Shown here piece after piece: positions 38,419-49,034 of a stretch of 64,000 nt of DNA. How positions within the stretch are numbered: position 1 is the stretch's first letter; every line of letters starts with the position of its first letter. The stretch is taken from contig JAZKFH010000019.1 of the NCBI GenBank assembly GCA_040386535.1, positions 128,001 through 192,000 on the forward strand, read 5' to 3'. Made by a program: the position numbers and the translations under genes. The notes under the pieces are model-generated. The model searched no databases. It saw nothing but the letters and a program-made list of their open reading frames with translations, and was not told the origin of the DNA. Source of the DNA: Myxococcota bacterium. GTDB lineage: Bacteria > Myxococcota_A > UBA796 > SXON01.

Positions 38419-38733
38419 CTACCGCTGAACGCCGTCGCAATCGATGCCCCAGACCCCGTTGTCGAGGTCGTTCAACTCCTGGGCGCAGCACTGCTCGCCA
38501 TAGTCGTCGTCGAGGCAGCCATAGCCTACGGCGCAGTCGCAGTCTTCCCGGCACAGGTCACCCAGGTAGCCGTCCGCGCGGTCGCCGCCGCATTCATCGT
38601 AGCCGCCGTCCTCGTCCTGCTCGATATTGCCGCCGCTGCCTCCGCCGCTGCTGTAGCACCCGGCGATAGAGGCGCCTGCGACTATCGCCACCGACAGGAG
38701 AGCCAGCCGGAAGATCACAAACATGCTTTGCAT
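38419..38733 (-). CDS. Small Cys/Asp-rich lipoprotein
   Basis: Signal peptide with IAGC lipobox; CxxDCDCxxGYGC motif. Confidence 0.65.
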   Translation of the reverse strand: MQSMFVIFRLALLSVAIVAGASIAGCYSSGGGSGGNIEQDEDGGYDECGGDRADGYLGDLCREDCDCAVGYGCLDDDYGEQCCAQELNDLDNGVWGIDCDGVQR

Positions 38734-38865
38734 TACGTCGTTCTCCGAACGCGGAGGGTACGCCAACGCGAGTGCGTGTGCAAGCGGGCGCCGGCCACGC
38801 GTCGATGACGAGGGGATCCCCAGGTCCGACGACGCCCGATCACTGGGGAGCGCGCCGCCGGCGCC

Positions 38866-39519
38866 TCAGCTCAACGCGGTAGCCATGCTGGCCCAGTCTT
38901 GGGAGACGCGGTCAACGCGTCCTCGGTTGCGGTTGTTTCGGCCCAGCGCGCCAGGATGAGACTGACACCAGACCTTCGCGCCGTTCGGCGCCGTGAACGG
39001 GGCCTCGATTGCTGACGCCATCGGGCCGATCGCCTTGCCGCCAGATGCGACCCGCAACGCGTTGAACGTGCGGAGGCCGAAGCAGACCACAAGTGCCGGG
39101 TTCACGATCTCTACCTGGGGGAGGGCGTAGTCTCGCGCCGCACGCAGCAGATCGCTCTGCGGGATGGCTGCGCTCATGCCGCCGGGCTTCACGAATGGGA
39201 ACAGGTTGGTCGCAAAGACCTCGTTGCGCGTGACCCGGAGGTACGTTTGCAAGAGCGCGTCGAGGTTCTTGTTCGTGGGCGAGTTCGGGCCGTACCCCAA
39301 GCCCGGATTCGCGGGGGGCTTCTTCAAACCCTCCTCCGAGTCCCAGTCTTGCAGGATGAGCATCACGGTCGCATCCAGGTTGCCCGCGACAATGCTGAGC
39401 GGGGAGACGTGGTCGCACTCGTAGATGCCGCCGAGGTAGTCACCGATGCCGCCGTACCCGTCCCAGCGGGCGGCCTTCCTCTTCGCCACGAGAGCCGCCA
39501 TCGCACTTGCCTTCGACAT
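38866..39519 (-). CDS. Uracil-DNA glycosylase superfamily protein
   Basis: VMLILQDW, TNKNL, FATNLFPF, VEIVNPALVVCFG, SHPG. Confidence 0.85.
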   Translation of the reverse strand: MSKASAMAALVAKRKAARWDGYGGIGDYLGGIYECDHVSPLSIVAGNLDATVMLILQDWDSEEGLKKPPANPGLGYGPNSPTNKNLDALLQTYLRVTRNEVFATNLFPFVKPGGMSAAIPQSDLLRAARDYALPQVEIVNPALVVCFGLRTFNALRVASGGKAIGPMASAIEAPFTAPNGAKVWCQSHPGALGRNNRNRGRVDRVSQDWASMATALS

Positions 39520-39914
39520 CTTTGATTTCCTCGGACGCGGCAAGGTAGCGGGTGGGGAGAGCAAAGGCACCAGCGTTGGAACGATTCGCGCGCTCGGCGG
39601 CAACGGCGCCGGGTCCTCGACCACCACCGGCTTGGAGCGTGGGCACCTCGTGCGAGGGGAGGCGGGGCGCGCTCTCCTCGGCGCCATGGCGCGCCAGATC
39701 AGCGCCGCCCCCGTTACGCCGCGCGTCGGCATCGGTGCTACCCCGAGCGGGACGTGCTGAGCGCTTGCCGGCGCTGGCGGGATCGCGCCCGCGACTCGAG
39801 GAGCACAACGCGCTCGGCCTCCGCATGGGCCGGGCGCACCCCCAAAGCATAGCGCATAGGCTGCACCCGCGCGTCGCGAGTGTGGTAGGCTCGCCGCCCC
39901 CCAGGAACGCAAGA

Positions 39915-40253
39915 ATGCCCCCTAAGACGCCCCAGTACGACGCCTCGATCCTCACCACCATGGCCGCGCGCCTATACAGCCAGGCCAGCACGATCACGCT
40001 AAAGTACGCCTTCCTCGGCTGTTTGGTGGGCCTCGCCACCGGCGGCGTCGCCGGGGTGATGGGCGGGGCGGAGGAACTTACCCTCGGCCTTGCCCTGGTC
40101 CTCGGCGTCTTCGGGGCCGTGCTGGGTGTAGCCGCCGCTGCGGAGCGGGCATTCATGCTCCGCCTCCAGGCTCAGAGCATCCTCGTGCAGGTTCAGATCG
40201 AGCGGAACACCCGCGCCGCCAGTTCGCACGGCGCGGGCGCCATGTCAGCCTGA
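39915..40253 (+). CDS. Small two-TM membrane protein
   Basis: YDASIL...A.RLY.QA, two hydrophobic helices, LRLQAQ..L.QVQIERNT. Confidence 0.7.
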   Translation: MPPKTPQYDASILTTMAARLYSQASTITLKYAFLGCLVGLATGGVAGVMGGAEELTLGLALVLGVFGAVLGVAAAAERAFMLRLQAQSILVQVQIERNTRAASSHGAGAMSA

Positions 40254-40402
40254 CGGGCGCCCCTCGCCGTACTGGCCAGCGGTGGTGCGACGCCCCGCCG
40301 CGGCCTGACGGGGCGGAGGCCGTTGGGCAGGCCGCGCCCGCGTCGTGAGAAGGCGCGCGATATGCTCGCGGCACAAGGTGATTTTACGGGAGAGGTGCTC
40401 GC

Positions 40403-41335
40403 ATGAAGGCATGGTTGATGCTCTCGATCAGCGAGGGCCGGGAGCATGCAGGGAACCGTGGGTACGACGACGATCCGGCGGTCCGGTATAGCTGGGACAG
40501 CACCGTGGCGAACCATGGGGCCCCAAAGCCCGGCGACGTGATCGCCCTGTGGGATTCCGAGGTGCTGCTCGGGGTCTCGGTCATCGAGGTCATCGAGGAA
40601 GCCGATGGGCAGAAGGAGCGCCTTCGTTGCCCGAAATGTAGGAGCACGGGGATCAAGGAGCGGCAGAAGACGCGCCCGCGCTATCGGTGCTACCAGGAGG
40701 GTTGCCTCGCGGAGTTCGACGAGCCGGCGGTCGAGTGGATCGATGTTCACACGTACCGCACCCGGCACGATTCGGGCTGGATCGACATGCAGGGGCTGAT
40801 CGCCGGGCCCACGCTGCGAGCCCTGTGCGTACACCCTAAGTCCATCCAGAGCATCCGGGAGCTTGATTGGGCGCCCTTCTCGGACGCGATCGGCGGGGCC
40901 GGCGGGCCCGGCGCCCTTGCGATCCTCGAGAGCACGCAGGAGCGCACCCTCAAGGGCGGGCACACCAAGGCGACGGTTAGGGTCCGCGTCGGGCAGCAGG
41001 CGTTTCGTACGGCCCTCGTCAAGAGGTTCGGGAGTACCTGTGCCTTTACTGGCCCCCAGCCGCTCGCCTCGCTCGACGCTGCGCATCTTTATGCCTACGC
41101 TGACGTGGAGCAGCATCACGAGCACGGCGGACTCCTTCTGCGCAAGGACATGCACCGGCTGTTTGATCTCGGATGGCTCTGTATTGAGCCAACGTCGCGA
41201 AAGATCAGCGTGGGCCCCGCGCTCGGCGCGTTCCCCGATTACGCTCGCCTCGAGGGAATCGACGTACACGTTCCCCTCCCGCCTTCGACGTTGGCTTGGC
41301 TCCGTGAGCACTGGATCCAGCACCGCGGCACGTAG
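40403..41335 (+). CDS. HNH endonuclease, possible modification-dependent (type IV) restriction enzyme
   Basis: RVGQQAFR..L...CAFTG...LDAAH...GLLLRKDMHRLFDLG; N-terminal YDD...YSWDSTV.NH and CxxC. Confidence 0.85.
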   Translation: MKAWLMLSISEGREHAGNRGYDDDPAVRYSWDSTVANHGAPKPGDVIALWDSEVLLGVSVIEVIEEADGQKERLRCPKCRSTGIKERQKTRPRYRCYQEGCLAEFDEPAVEWIDVHTYRTRHDSGWIDMQGLIAGPTLRALCVHPKSIQSIRELDWAPFSDAIGGAGGPGALAILESTQERTLKGGHTKATVRVRVGQQAFRTALVKRFGSTCAFTGPQPLASLDAAHLYAYADVEQHHEHGGLLLRKDMHRLFDLGWLCIEPTSRKISVGPALGAFPDYARLEGIDVHVPLPPSTLAWLREHWIQHRGT

Positions 41336-41431
41336 GGCAGTGCGCCCCCGGCGCTTCAGCCGATGGATGTCGCGGGGCTCCTGAATGCTCATGGGCGAGC
41401 GCCTGCCCGCTCCGCACGCTACGCTCCGGCA

Positions 41432-42328
41432 ATGAACGTAGCGGAACCTCGTCTTGACCCGCCTCGCTGGATCCCGTGGCGCGAGATCGCGCAGCGCACG
41501 CTCCCGCAACTCGAGCGGCGAGGGGCGTACGTGATCGCGCGAATGGACGCCGACACCGCGGCCTCCGCCCCCGACGTGACCCTGTGCCTGGACGACGGCG
41601 AGCGCGGCGTCGTGTACATTGGCGAGTCCCACGGGCGCACCGCGTCGCTCGGCGGGAGGCTCTTCGACTTCGGCTCGAGCGCCGGTTTCTCGGTGGGCTT
41701 GGACCGGCACTATGCAGCGTCGGGGTTCCGCGACCTCGCAGGGGCCCGCCAGGGGAGCCGCGTCGTCTCCGACGATGTGTACGTGGCTCTCTTCCCCGTG
41801 CCCGAGCGAGACCCGATCGTCCGGGATCGGCCGGACGCGCCGGGCGTGCTGCCCGCGCTCTACGAGGCCACCCTCCTGTGGGCGTTCGTCGAACGCCACG
41901 GGCACGTCCCGCGCCTCAACAACGCGGGCAACCACGGCGGGGCCGACATTGTGAAAGCCGCCCGGGACTTGGCCGCGGGCCTCGCCGCCGCCGACATCGC
42001 CGCGCTCCTTCAAGCTCGCGCAAACCCCGCCGCGGGGTACGCGGCTGCCGCGAGACTGGCCGAGGACATCGCTGTGACGGGCTGGGGGTACGGCGCGGGC
42101 GCCCGCGTCTACCGCGACGGCGGGAACGAGCCCTCGTGCTGGTCCGGTCGGCACCTCGGCGGCGGCACCTACGCCTACGTGGGCTGGCGCAACGCGGACG
42201 GGTTCGTGTTCGTCTCGATCTGGAAGGGCAATACTGAGTGCGTTTTCGGCGCCGATGATGAGGGCGCAGTGCCCGATGAGTCGTCGTTCCGCGCCCTCGT
42301 GGAGCGGCTGTACGTCCGCTGGCGATAG
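41432..42328 (+). CDS. GIY-YIG-like nuclease domain protein
   Basis: GAYVIA...VVYIGES...LGGRL...YEATLL..F...HG..PRLN. Confidence 0.6.
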   Translation: MNVAEPRLDPPRWIPWREIAQRTLPQLERRGAYVIARMDADTAASAPDVTLCLDDGERGVVYIGESHGRTASLGGRLFDFGSSAGFSVGLDRHYAASGFRDLAGARQGSRVVSDDVYVALFPVPERDPIVRDRPDAPGVLPALYEATLLWAFVERHGHVPRLNNAGNHGGADIVKAARDLAAGLAAADIAALLQARANPAAGYAAAARLAEDIAVTGWGYGAGARVYRDGGNEPSCWSGRHLGGGTYAYVGWRNADGFVFVSIWKGNTECVFGADDEGAVPDESSFRALVERLYVRWR

Positions 42329-42468
42329 AAGCCCAGGACTCATCATCTTACCGTTGAGACGCCCGACCCCGCACCGCACCTCGGCTGAACCCGACAGGCC
42401 GTCTCGCTTCCTTCCCAGCGCCGCCGTGTTCGGCGTCTCAAGACCTCAACCGCTATGCAGGAAGTAGA

Positions 42469-44163
42469 ATGAGCCCCGCGCCTCCAACCCGTCGCTTTCG
42501 AGTCGCCTTGTCTTTTCCCGGCTATCATCGGCCCTACGTCGAACGGGTGGCACAAGGGCTCGCCGCGCGTTTTGGGCAGGAACGCATCCTCTATGATCGA
42601 TACCATACCGCGGAGTTCGCCAATCCTGACCTAGCGTTCGCCCTGCCTCAGCTTTACCGCGCGGAGGCCGACCTGACTGTCGTGATGCTGAGCGGCCATT
42701 ACCTCGCGCGGGAGTGGTGCGGGCTCGAGTGGCGCGCGATTTTCGCCAGTGGTGTCAAGGAGAGAAACCCAGAGCGACTCATGCTCTTCCGCGCGGATGA
42801 CGTCGAGATTCCGGGCCTCCACGGGCTCGAGGGCTTTGTTCCGATGGACGTCTTTTCGCCAGAGGCGGCGGTGACGCTGATCCTTCAGCGCCTGGCAATC
42901 AACGATGGTGTTGCTCGCGACCAGTATCTGGCTTGGAGTCCATCTGGCGTCAAACCGACGGACGCCGCGGTGCTCGACCACTACGAGACGCTCATTTCAA
43001 ACACGCGTCAGGCAGGCCGAGTTGAGGAAGCCTTCGATTTGTTCTGGGATGCGCTCGGCGGCTTCCCGCATCTTGGCCAAAAGTTGGGCGAATACGCTCG
43101 CGGCGTACGCATCCTAAACGGCTTCGCCTCGGCGTTGACCCCTGAGAGTGCGGGGGCCGGCCTTCCCCTGCGCCAACGAGCCCGACTGGTGACGGCCTGG
43201 GGGCTGTTCAGGTGGTCCGTCGGGGATCTCTCAGGCGCACGCGCCTGCCATCTGTACGGGTCCGCGATCCGCGAAACTCTCGGTGAATCCGAAAACCAAG
43301 CGATCTGTTTACGGAATGCCGTCGTAGTTGAGATTGACCGAGGGGATTTGACCGCGGCCCGCGGCTTAGCCGTCCGGTCATTGGCCATTTCGGAAGGAGC
43401 TGAGGCAAGGAGCGGCCGTAAGGACTCAACGGCCTACCTCGCTACCATCAATGGTATCACTGGAAATGTAGCGGAGGCGATGACCCTCTTCGGTCGCGCT
43501 GCCAAACTCCAGGGTGGACCGCTTCAAGGCGCATGGGGTGTAAGGGAGGCCGACCTCATGCTCGCAACTGGTGACTCAGACGGTGCCCTCATGCGAACGA
43601 AAGGGAACCTTGATCACTGCCAAAAAAAGGACTGGGGCCGTGACGTCGCGTTGTGCCAGGATTTGCTCGGGCGAACGGACCCTGCGGCCGCTCAGCCCCA
43701 GCTTGACGCTTTGCGCGCTTGGGCCATCCGGTCAAGCGATGTGTGGATGGTGCTTGCCGCTCACCGCCTTGCCGCCCTACACGCGCTCGCCAACGGTGAT
43801 CCGGGTGCGGCCCAGTATGAGGCGGACGTCGGTATTGCCATCGCCGATGCCCACGGATACGGCCTTCGCGCGATCGACCTCCGCGTTGTCGCCGCGCGTG
43901 CGTTGCTCGACTCAGGGCTTTCGAAGCGGGCGTTGACCTTCGCTCGTGAGGCGGTCGATGCCGCCACCGCGTCCGGGTGCGGCTACGCTTGGGGGGAGGC
44001 AGAGGCCGAGCACCTTTGTGGGCTAGCACATGAAGCGCTCGAGGAACCGGAGCACGCTCATCCGAGGTTCGCGGCCGCTTCCGCAGTTCGCCATCGGATC
44101 GGACATCCCGGCGCAGGCGACTCAGACCAAGCAATCGCCCGGCTCCCGCCGCGCGAGGGTTAG
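42469..44163 (+). CDS. TIR domain + TPR repeat protein
   Basis: VALSFPG..R.YVE.VA..L, YD, YLAREWCGLEW (catalytic-type Glu); TPR-like C-terminus. Confidence 0.85.
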   Translation: MSPAPPTRRFRVALSFPGYHRPYVERVAQGLAARFGQERILYDRYHTAEFANPDLAFALPQLYRAEADLTVVMLSGHYLAREWCGLEWRAIFASGVKERNPERLMLFRADDVEIPGLHGLEGFVPMDVFSPEAAVTLILQRLAINDGVARDQYLAWSPSGVKPTDAAVLDHYETLISNTRQAGRVEEAFDLFWDALGGFPHLGQKLGEYARGVRILNGFASALTPESAGAGLPLRQRARLVTAWGLFRWSVGDLSGARACHLYGSAIRETLGESENQAICLRNAVVVEIDRGDLTAARGLAVRSLAISEGAEARSGRKDSTAYLATINGITGNVAEAMTLFGRAAKLQGGPLQGAWGVREADLMLATGDSDGALMRTKGNLDHCQKKDWGRDVALCQDLLGRTDPAAAQPQLDALRAWAIRSSDVWMVLAAHRLAALHALANGDPGAAQYEADVGIAIADAHGYGLRAIDLRVVAARALLDSGLSKRALTFAREAVDAATASGCGYAWGEAEAEHLCGLAHEALEEPEHAHPRFAAASAVRHRIGHPGAGDSDQAIARLPPREG

Positions 44164-44377
44164 CAAGACGGGGGGCTTCCCACTGGATGTCCTCCGCGGG
44201 TTCAGACGAGCACCCGCCGCGGCTTGGCAGGTAGGGAGGCTCGCGGGGGTCCAGCGGCCATTTGGCCGAGCTAACCCCTCGACGAGAGGCGCGGAGTACT
44301 CTCTTTCACAGCCCGCCCGGTCAGTTTGGCCGCCTCGGTAGGTACGGGCCCGTTCTCGCCTGGTCGGCTGCGTAACC

Positions 44378-46492
44378 TTAGGGTTTCCGACGCGTCTGTG
44401 AATACTCTTCCCGCTCCCGTCTCGCTTCCCGCATCGCCCGTTCGGCCTCGATGCTGGCGGTGCGCGCCTCCTGACGCCTCGCTTCCAACTCCTCGCGGGC
44501 AAGTTCGGCCTCGCCGCGCTCGCGCGCCGCCTCCAACGCGAGTCGATCATTCCTGACCTTCCGTTCCTCCTTCCTCCGCTCCGCCTCTGCCGCCCGCCGC
44601 TCTGCTTCGGCCTCCGCCGCTTCCTCCCCTCGAGTCTTGAGAGGCGGTGCGATAGGGTGCAACTCGGCCTCGACCCGTGCGAGGTCGGCGGGAGAGGCCC
44701 GCTCAAGGGGGTTGGTCGCCCGTGGCGGCGGATCTGCGAGAGCGGCAAGCTGCCGCGCTCGCCGTTGCAGCCGTTCCGCGGACTGCACCAACGGGAGCAA
44801 GGGGATGCTCACGCTCAGTCGAGTGAGAGCGCGGGCTGCGCCTTTGACAGGGCCAGCCAGGAGCGCGCGCGGATCCACCACCCACTCGCCCCCAAACACG
44901 CGGCCGTACAGCCATCCGGACACCGCACGGGCCATCGTGAACGGCGGCGCCGGGGCAACGCAGTCCGTCAGACGCTCACACTGACCGCCTGATGCACGAA
45001 CCGCCTCCTCGACAGCATGCAGCGGCGATGTAGAATCTGGTGGATCGATCAGGGTACCTTGGGCCATGAGGCCAAGTTGCGTCGAGCGGAACGAGGTGGT
45101 GAGCCAATCATTCTCGAGCTCAATCGCAGCACTCGCAGCGACGTAAACCGAAGCGCGAGCCAAGTTCTCCTGCGTTGGCTGCGTCCGGCCGCACCGCAGT
45201 TGGTCGAGAAGATCTGCCATTTTAGGGAGATGCGTATTCCACCAAGCGATGTTTTTCCCAAGGTTTAGCGCCTTTGCAACACGCGGATCGTTCCGGACGG
45301 ACTGATCCCGCGCCTGCAATACAGCCCATTCCTTCCGCAGGTGCCAGACCAGAAAGATGACGAAGGCGCACGCTAACGCGCCCACACTAAAGCCAACACC
45401 TACCTCTCGATCGAGAGGCGCTCCGCCGAGCATTTCGTAAAGATAGGCACCGACGACCAATAAATCGGAGCCGAAACCAAGAACAGACATCAACGCGGAG
45501 ACTATGCACAAGGTGCAAGTCCCGATCCAGTATACCCAGCGCATTCCGGGGAGGAACAGGAAGCGCGCATCGTTATCACGCGCGACCGCATAGGCAGTTT
45601 CAACCGAGGCGCTGAGTTGCAGTCTGAACAGCACAGGTAGCGCCTTCGCGGTGGCGGAGCGAGCATCCTCCTGCGCGCGCAAAGCCGCCTCGGCGAGTCG
45701 CGCCTCCTCGACAAGGCGCTGTTGGCGAGCTGCCTCGGCACGCCGCGCCGCCGCGGCAAGCCTGGCCTCTTCCTCGTGCCGGGCCGCCTCCTCCGCAAGA
45801 CGTGCTTCCTCCACGCGGCGTGCCGCCTCGGCACGCTGCGCCTCCTCCGCAAGACGTGCTTCCTCCACGCGGCGTGCCGCCTCGGCACGCCGCGCCTCCT
45901 CCACGAGCCGTGCCTCCTCCACCCGCTGGGCCGCCTGGGCGAGCCGTGCCTCTTCCGCCCGCCGGGAAGAACGCTCGCGGCGGACGCGCTCAGGTAGATG
46001 AGCTTCCTCCTTTATGATCTCTTGGAGAAGCCTTTCCTCTTCGATTCGTTCATAGCGCGTTGGATCGTAGACGTGCGTCCTCGCATACAGGGGGAAAATG
46101 GGGGCTCGGTAAGGGACGTTTCGTTGGGGGCCGGGCCCGGGAAGAGTCTGACCTGGCACAGCTTCCGCGAGGCGTCTCGCGTACTCGACGGTTTCCGCCC
46201 GAATGCGCTCATCAGCGGCCAGATTGGCAGCCGCATTGGCAGCCGCAACGTCGCGTTTCCACACGGTGTCTGCCGCGGACAAGGTTGACACGAATCGCTC
46301 GAAGAAGAGGGGTCCTAACAAATCGACGTACACCGCCGCGGAGTGCTCTGCGCCGCGGGACGATGTGTTCCCTCGACTTGATAGAATCACGTCCGATTCT
46401 CTTATGGCTTCCGAAAATAGAGTTGCGAAAACGCGCACATCCTCGGGAAAGCGAGATTCATGGATACAGGTATCCAGCAGCAGGACGGGCAT
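44378..46492 (-). CDS. Membrane protein with EEAR-rich coiled-coil repeats
   Basis: 54-bp tandem unit near 45786-45895 encoding EEARLAEEAQRAEAARRV; two TM helices; start uncertain. Confidence 0.6.
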   Translation of the reverse strand: MPVLLLDTCIHESRFPEDVRVFATLFSEAIRESDVILSSRGNTSSRGAEHSAAVYVDLLGPLFFERFVSTLSAADTVWKRDVAAANAAANLAADERIRAETVEYARRLAEAVPGQTLPGPGPQRNVPYRAPIFPLYARTHVYDPTRYERIEEERLLQEIIKEEAHLPERVRRERSSRRAEEARLAQAAQRVEEARLVEEARRAEAARRVEEARLAEEAQRAEAARRVEEARLAEEAARHEEEARLAAAARRAEAARQQRLVEEARLAEAALRAQEDARSATAKALPVLFRLQLSASVETAYAVARDNDARFLFLPGMRWVYWIGTCTLCIVSALMSVLGFGSDLLVVGAYLYEMLGGAPLDREVGVGFSVGALACAFVIFLVWHLRKEWAVLQARDQSVRNDPRVAKALNLGKNIAWWNTHLPKMADLLDQLRCGRTQPTQENLARASVYVAASAAIELENDWLTTSFRSTQLGLMAQGTLIDPPDSTSPLHAVEEAVRASGGQCERLTDCVAPAPPFTMARAVSGWLYGRVFGGEWVVDPRALLAGPVKGAARALTRLSVSIPLLPLVQSAERLQRRARQLAALADPPPRATNPLERASPADLARVEAELHPIAPPLKTRGEEAAEAEAERRAAEAERRKEERKVRNDRLALEAARERGEAELAREELEARRQEARTASIEAERAMREARREREEYSQTRRKP

Positions 46493-47115
46493 ATGGTATA
46501 AGGCCTCGAAGGGCAGCAGGACAAGCCCGTCCAAGGGTTCGCGCGGTCCACGCGCGTGTCTCCTCCGCAGCGCCACGCCCATTTCGTTCAGCCCGGCTGA
46601 CGCCTTCTCGAAGTCACCGTCGTTGCCCAAGCGCCTCAAGCGTTTCCTCAGCTCCTGATCGAGGATACCCCGTTCTTTCGGGGCGCGTCCAGGCGTGAGC
46701 GCGCGCGAGGCCGGAAGCCCCCCATGCACTCCTCTAAGAAACCCTCGGGGCTGCCTAAGACGGAACGGCTCGTCTCTCTCGGCCACGGGGTACTCCAGCA
46801 CGCCGACGGCCGGAGGGGGGAGCGCTGTAGGCCGCAGACCGAGCCGGGGCAAGACCCCGAGCATCCGGCATGTTCCTTGCTTCCATCAACATTCATGAGC
46901 ACCTCTCACCGCAGAACCTCCTCTTTCCCGGCCCGCCCTGACGGACGTCTGACGAACGTCGTCGGACCGCCGTCACCTCAAGAAGCGTACCAGGCGCCGC
47001 TCCTCGATCTCCTCGCCGACCAACTCACCCCCGAGCAGCTCGCGCGCGCCGCCGCGCTGGACCCCGAGAGCCTGATCGCGTTCGCGACCGGCGCGTCGCC
47101 CTTTTCGCTAAGGAG

Positions 47116-47265
47116 GCGCCGCGCGGTGCCGCCCCCGTTGCGCCGCGCGTCGGCGCCGCTCTACCGGGATCGGGACGAACTGTGCCCGTACCGTCGGTCG
47201 TAGCGGCGGGCTCGCCGGCGCTACGCGCGCCCGTGTTCTGCGCGCCGGGGCTCGTTGTGCGCGAA
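47116..47265 (+). repeat. Dispersed repeat copy 1 (paired with 52977-53070)
   Basis: ~50-bp similar block plus identical 19-mer ggggctcgttgtgcgcgaa at 47247-47265. Confidence 0.8.
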
Positions 47266-47396
47266 ATGGCTCACCGTCACGGACCGCGACGAGGCCTGGC
47301 GGACCGCGCTGGCAGCGGGAACCTCGAGACGACCCCAAGCAGCCGCTCGGCGCCGCCACGCTGGACCGCGAGAGCGAGGGGGAGGGTCACCAGGCT

Positions 47397-49034
47397 TCAG
47401 ATCCCCGTGTCCCACAACGTGTCATCTTCCCAATCCAGCTCGAAGCCGGGCACGAGCATCAGCCTGCGTGCCTCCTCGTGAACGTCGTAGAGATCCTCGT
47501 ACCGGTGAAACGCGATGTCGTCCCGGCCGTCGCCCGTCACGTCAGCGCAGTTGCTGTGGGTGACGTTACCCACGTTCCCTTCGATACGGACCGATCGGGT
47601 CGGAAGGATCGTGCCACGCGGAGGAATCGTTCCCGGGAGTTGGAAGATCTCCAGGCCGCCCACACCCGCCTCGGAGTCAAGCCCGAACACGCTGGTTCCG
47701 CCGTCCCCGAACGCGTTGCAGGGGCGGACGGCCCCGCCGTACACTTCGTCATCGAGCCGGCGATAGCCGCCCAGGGCATCCGCCACACCGAACATGCCCG
47801 CTACGCCGGGTTGAAAGAAGAGCATCTCCCAGGTCTCGTCCCGATGTGTGGCCCCGGAGTACACCAGCTCGTCTACCCCGTCCCCGTCGAGGTCCGGCAG
47901 GCGCCCCCAGAAGTAGGGCTGCATCCCGTCGCCGTACTCGAGCTCGGCCCGGACATCCGCCCTGCCCTCCGCGAGCGCCGCGCCGTCGAGGATCGACCGG
48001 TCGCCGATCACCTCCGGATGGCCGTCGCCATCGAGGTCGCCGGGCCCGTACAGGTCCGCCAACCACCCGGCGCCCAACCACGCAGAACCGCCGTCCCCGT
48101 AGAACACGTAGGTCCCGCCCCCCTCCTTCGCGTACACCAGCGTCAGCGCGTCGTTCAGCCCATCCCCGTCGAAGTCCGCGAACACGTTCTCGTGGTGGCA
48201 CGAGCTGTAGATGTCCGGGCATTCCTCCCGCCACCACGCGTCGGGAGCCTCCGCGTCCAGCACCCGACCGTCATCCGCGATCGGCCCGTAGAACAACGCG
48301 ATACCGAACGGCGTCTGATTGTAGGCGATCGCCAGGTCGTTGTACCCGTCCCCGTTCACGTCCCCCGCGTCGAGGGGACCGGTGTTCGCGCCGCTCCCCT
48401 CGTACCACGACGCAAACGTCGAGTCAGGAAACACCCCGGCGCGTGCGGGAAACGGGTCGGTCGCCCGCCACACCACGGTTCCGGGAAGCCAGTATTGGTT
48501 CTGGCTCACCAGATCCGCCACGCCGTCTCCCGTAAGGTCGGAGATCAGGCCCATGTGACCCCACGAATACCGCGAGATGTCCCGCCCCAGGAGCTGGACA
48601 TCCTGCATCTGCGCGCACACACCCGCGGGGAGCGGGTCCCCGTCACAGTCGTGGTCCACCGAATCACACTGTTCGGCCGCGCCCGGGTACACCGTCCGCA
48701 TCGTGTCGTCGCAGTCATCCCCCCCGCGCGCGGTCGCCGCGTGGCCGTCCCCGTCCTGATCGTCGTCGTCGTCCCCCAGACAGTCCGCGTCCACCCCGTC
48801 GTACCAGGTCTCCTCGGCCTCCGGGTGAACCGCCGCGTTCTCGTCGTCGCAGTCGGTCCCGACGGGCCAGCCGTCCCCGTCCGCGTCCGCCGGCGGCATG
48901 TCGGTGTCGGTGTCGGTGTCAGAATCCGCGTCGGTGTCGGTGTCAGAATCCGCGTCAGTGTCGGTGTCCGTCTCCGACGGCGTCGAGTCGCCTTCGTCGG
49001 GGCCAGCACACGCGAGGAGGAGGAGGAGAGTCAC
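47397..49034 (-). CDS. Lipoprotein with DTDTDAD linker, MopE-like metal-binding motifs and FG-GAP repeats
   Basis: LLLLLAC; DADGDG..DCDD....HP.A.E..YDGVDADC; GDVNGDGYNDL, DFDGDGLND. Confidence 0.85.
   Translation of the reverse strand: MTLLLLLACAGPDEGDSTPSETDTDTDADSDTDTDADSDTDTDTDMPPADADGDGWPVGTDCDDENAAVHPEAEETWYDGVDADCLGDDDDDQDGDGHAATARGGDDCDDTMRTVYPGAAEQCDSVDHDCDGDPLPAGVCAQMQDVQLLGRDISRYSWGHMGLISDLTGDGVADLVSQNQYWLPGTVVWRATDPFPARAGVFPDSTFASWYEGSGANTGPLDAGDVNGDGYNDLAIAYNQTPFGIALFYGPIADDGRVLDAEAPDAWWREECPDIYSSCHHENVFADFDGDGLNDALTLVYAKEGGGTYVFYGDGGSAWLGAGWLADLYGPGDLDGDGHPEVIGDRSILDGAALAEGRADVRAELEYGDGMQPYFWGRLPDLDGDGVDELVYSGATHRDETWEMLFFQPGVAGMFGVADALGGYRRLDDEVYGGAVRPCNAFGDGGTSVFGLDSEAGVGGLEIFQLPGTIPPRGTILPTRSVRIEGNVGNVTHSNCADVTGDGRDDIAFHRYEDLYDVHEEARRLMLVPGFELDWEDDTLWDTGI

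Noticed and set aside
48900..48970. tcggtg microsatellite
   Set aside because: It encodes the DTDTDADS linker of the lipoprotein
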